Origin: a virus
Lineage: Duplodnaviria > Caudoviricetes
Length of the DNA stretch: 34,929 nucleotides
Strand: one strand, 5' to 3'
Virus record (IMG/VR): IMGVR_UViG_3300022307_000008
Location: 1-34,929 of that record
Shown here: piece by piece, positions 33,594 through 34,929 of the stretch
Layout of the letters: each line of letters opens with the position of its first letter
Position numbering within the stretch: the stretch's first letter is position 1
Notes under the pieces: generated by a model
The model's database searches: none
Told to the model about the DNA's origin: nothing
Seen by the model: the letters and a program-made list of their open reading frames with translations, nothing else
Made by a program: the position numbers and the translations under genes

Positions 33594-34929
33594 TTACTCC
33601 TTTAAATCATTGATATTAACCGACTGGTCAATGTATTCGTGACTGGTCGGGTTATGGCTTACGATTAAAACTTTGTTATCAGTCCAGAATTTCTTCTGGA
33701 TCTCGTAATAAGTTGAAATTCGATCTGGATCTATAGGGCCGTCCGATTCGTCCATAATAATTGGATCATAACGACGTTGTAATCTCTCGTTACGTTTTTT
33801 AATTAAAGCTTTGGTATAAGCATCAGATAAAAACGCTTTCTCTCCAGGTGAGTGTTTCAGGAATGACTTTCCTGTTCCTTTCTCAGAATCATAAACGATA
33901 ATATCAAACCTGTCAACCGTTCCTGATTTTCCTTGATCTTGTGTTATTGTTTCAAATGAAAAACGTGATTCAAGAAATGGTTTGATTATTCTTGTTGCTT
34001 CGCTGTCAATATCAGATATGATCATATCAAGTTCAAGCGCTGGAATTTTTGAAGGTTGAAGAATTTTAGCAATATATTCCCAGTCATCAAGCTCTGAAGA
34101 TAATCTTTTTATTTCCTTGGTTTTTTCATCGATCTTTGATGATATTTCATTTGATTTATCGATTTTGTCTTGTGTTGATTTAACAGCTGATGATATTTGA
34201 ATTAACTCTTGATTTGCTGCGTTTAATTGTTGTTTGGAATTTTCAATAGATTTTTCAAGATCAGAAATAATATTATAGATTTCTTCGTTGATATTATAGG
34301 TATTTTGTTTTAATTCTGTGATTGAATTTGTTGAATTGTCGATTGCATCTTCAAGGGATGTTATATTTGCTTTCGCTGTCCGTCCTGCTTCGATTTCATC
34401 TTCAAGAGCTTTTACTTCTTCAGATGTTAATTCTGGTAATGATTCATCAACAGGTTTATATTCTGGTTTTGGTGTTGGTTTTGGGAATTGTGGAGTTTGT
34501 TTTTTAAGATTGGAAATAAAACCATTGTGATAATTTATGCTATTTTCACCGAGTTTTATTTCTTCTTTTAGTCTGTTTATTGTTTCCTGAACATCTTCTG
34601 GAATATATCCACATTTGACACAAGGTGTATTTAATGCGTTGATTTTTAAATTGTGTGATTCAATAACCTGTTGGGCTTTCTTGATATTATCTTCGAGACC
34701 TTTCTTCTCATTATTGTAATCACGTTCAGCATCTTCATTAAGCTGACTGACTCTGCGTTCTTCGTCTGATACTGCTTGATTATATTTCTTTTCAAGTTCT
34801 TTATTTTCCTGAATAATTTTATTATTGTCCAGCTTGGAAATATTTAATTCAAGCTTTGATGATACATCCTGAAGTTCTTTGATTTTATTAAGTTTTGTTT
34901 GGATGTTGAATTCAAGATTAGATATCTGT
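33594..34929 (-). CDS. SbcC/Rad50-like SMC-family ATPase, C-terminal part (truncated by window edge)
   Basis: In-frame zinc hook PCVKCG (34608-34625), coiled coil, signature HSPGEK, Walker B IIMDE, D-loop, IVSH. Confidence 0.85.
   Translation of the reverse strand, partial: QISNLEFNIQTKLNKIKELQDVSSKLELNISKLDNNKIIQENKELEKKYNQAVSDEERRVSQLNEDAERDYNNEKKGLEDNIKKAQQVIESHNLKINALNTPCVKCGYIPEDVQETINRLKEEIKLGENSINYHNGFISNLKKQTPQFPKPTPKPEYKPVDESLPELTSEEVKALEDEIEAGRTAKANITSLEDAIDNSTNSITELKQNTYNINEEIYNIISDLEKSIENSKQQLNAANQELIQISSAVKSTQDKIDKSNEISSKIDEKTKEIKRLSSELDDWEYIAKILQPSKIPALELDMIISDIDSEATRIIKPFLESRFSFETITQDQGKSGTVDRFDIIVYDSEKGTGKSFLKHSPGEKAFLSDAYTKALIKKRNERLQRRYDPIIMDESDGPIDPDRISTYYEIQKKFWTDNKVLIVSHNPTSHEYIDQSVNINDLKE

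Noticed and set aside
34318-34530. Two plus-strand ORFs near the right end
   Set aside because: Antisense to the continuous SbcC-like reading frame.
1-34929. Host assignment to a spirochete
   Set aside because: Suggested only by the loose lipobox and lysis gene architecture; not supportable without homology searches.

Overview
This window is most of a tailed dsDNA phage or prophage genome, siphovirus-like and AT-rich. Positions 1-5100 and 32960-34929 carry leftward early/replication genes: a primase N-terminus, an FmdB-type Zn ribbon, a metallophosphoesterase, two XRE-type HTH regulators, SSB and an SbcC/Rad50-like ATPase. A rightward late region (5827-32983) runs terS, terL, portal, head, neck, tail, tape measure, tail tip/fibre and lysis-like membrane proteins. 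The main surprise is a glycan build-and-decorate pathway embedded in the packaging/head operon. It has three related GT-A glycosyltransferases, a sulfotransferase and a SAM methyltransferase between terL and portal, plus a short UDP-sugar dehydrogenase directly after portal. Other notable items are a ~85-nt promoter-to-terminator RNA with two hairpins whose loops are complementary, upstream of the primase; three apparently leaderless late transcripts; a shared promoter/RBS cassette in front of accessory genes; and a nearly fully overlapping spanin-like gene pair with no lipobox and no recognisable endolysin. No integrase, tRNA, rRNA or CRISPR array was seen. All product calls come from motifs and synteny read by eye; no database searches were run.
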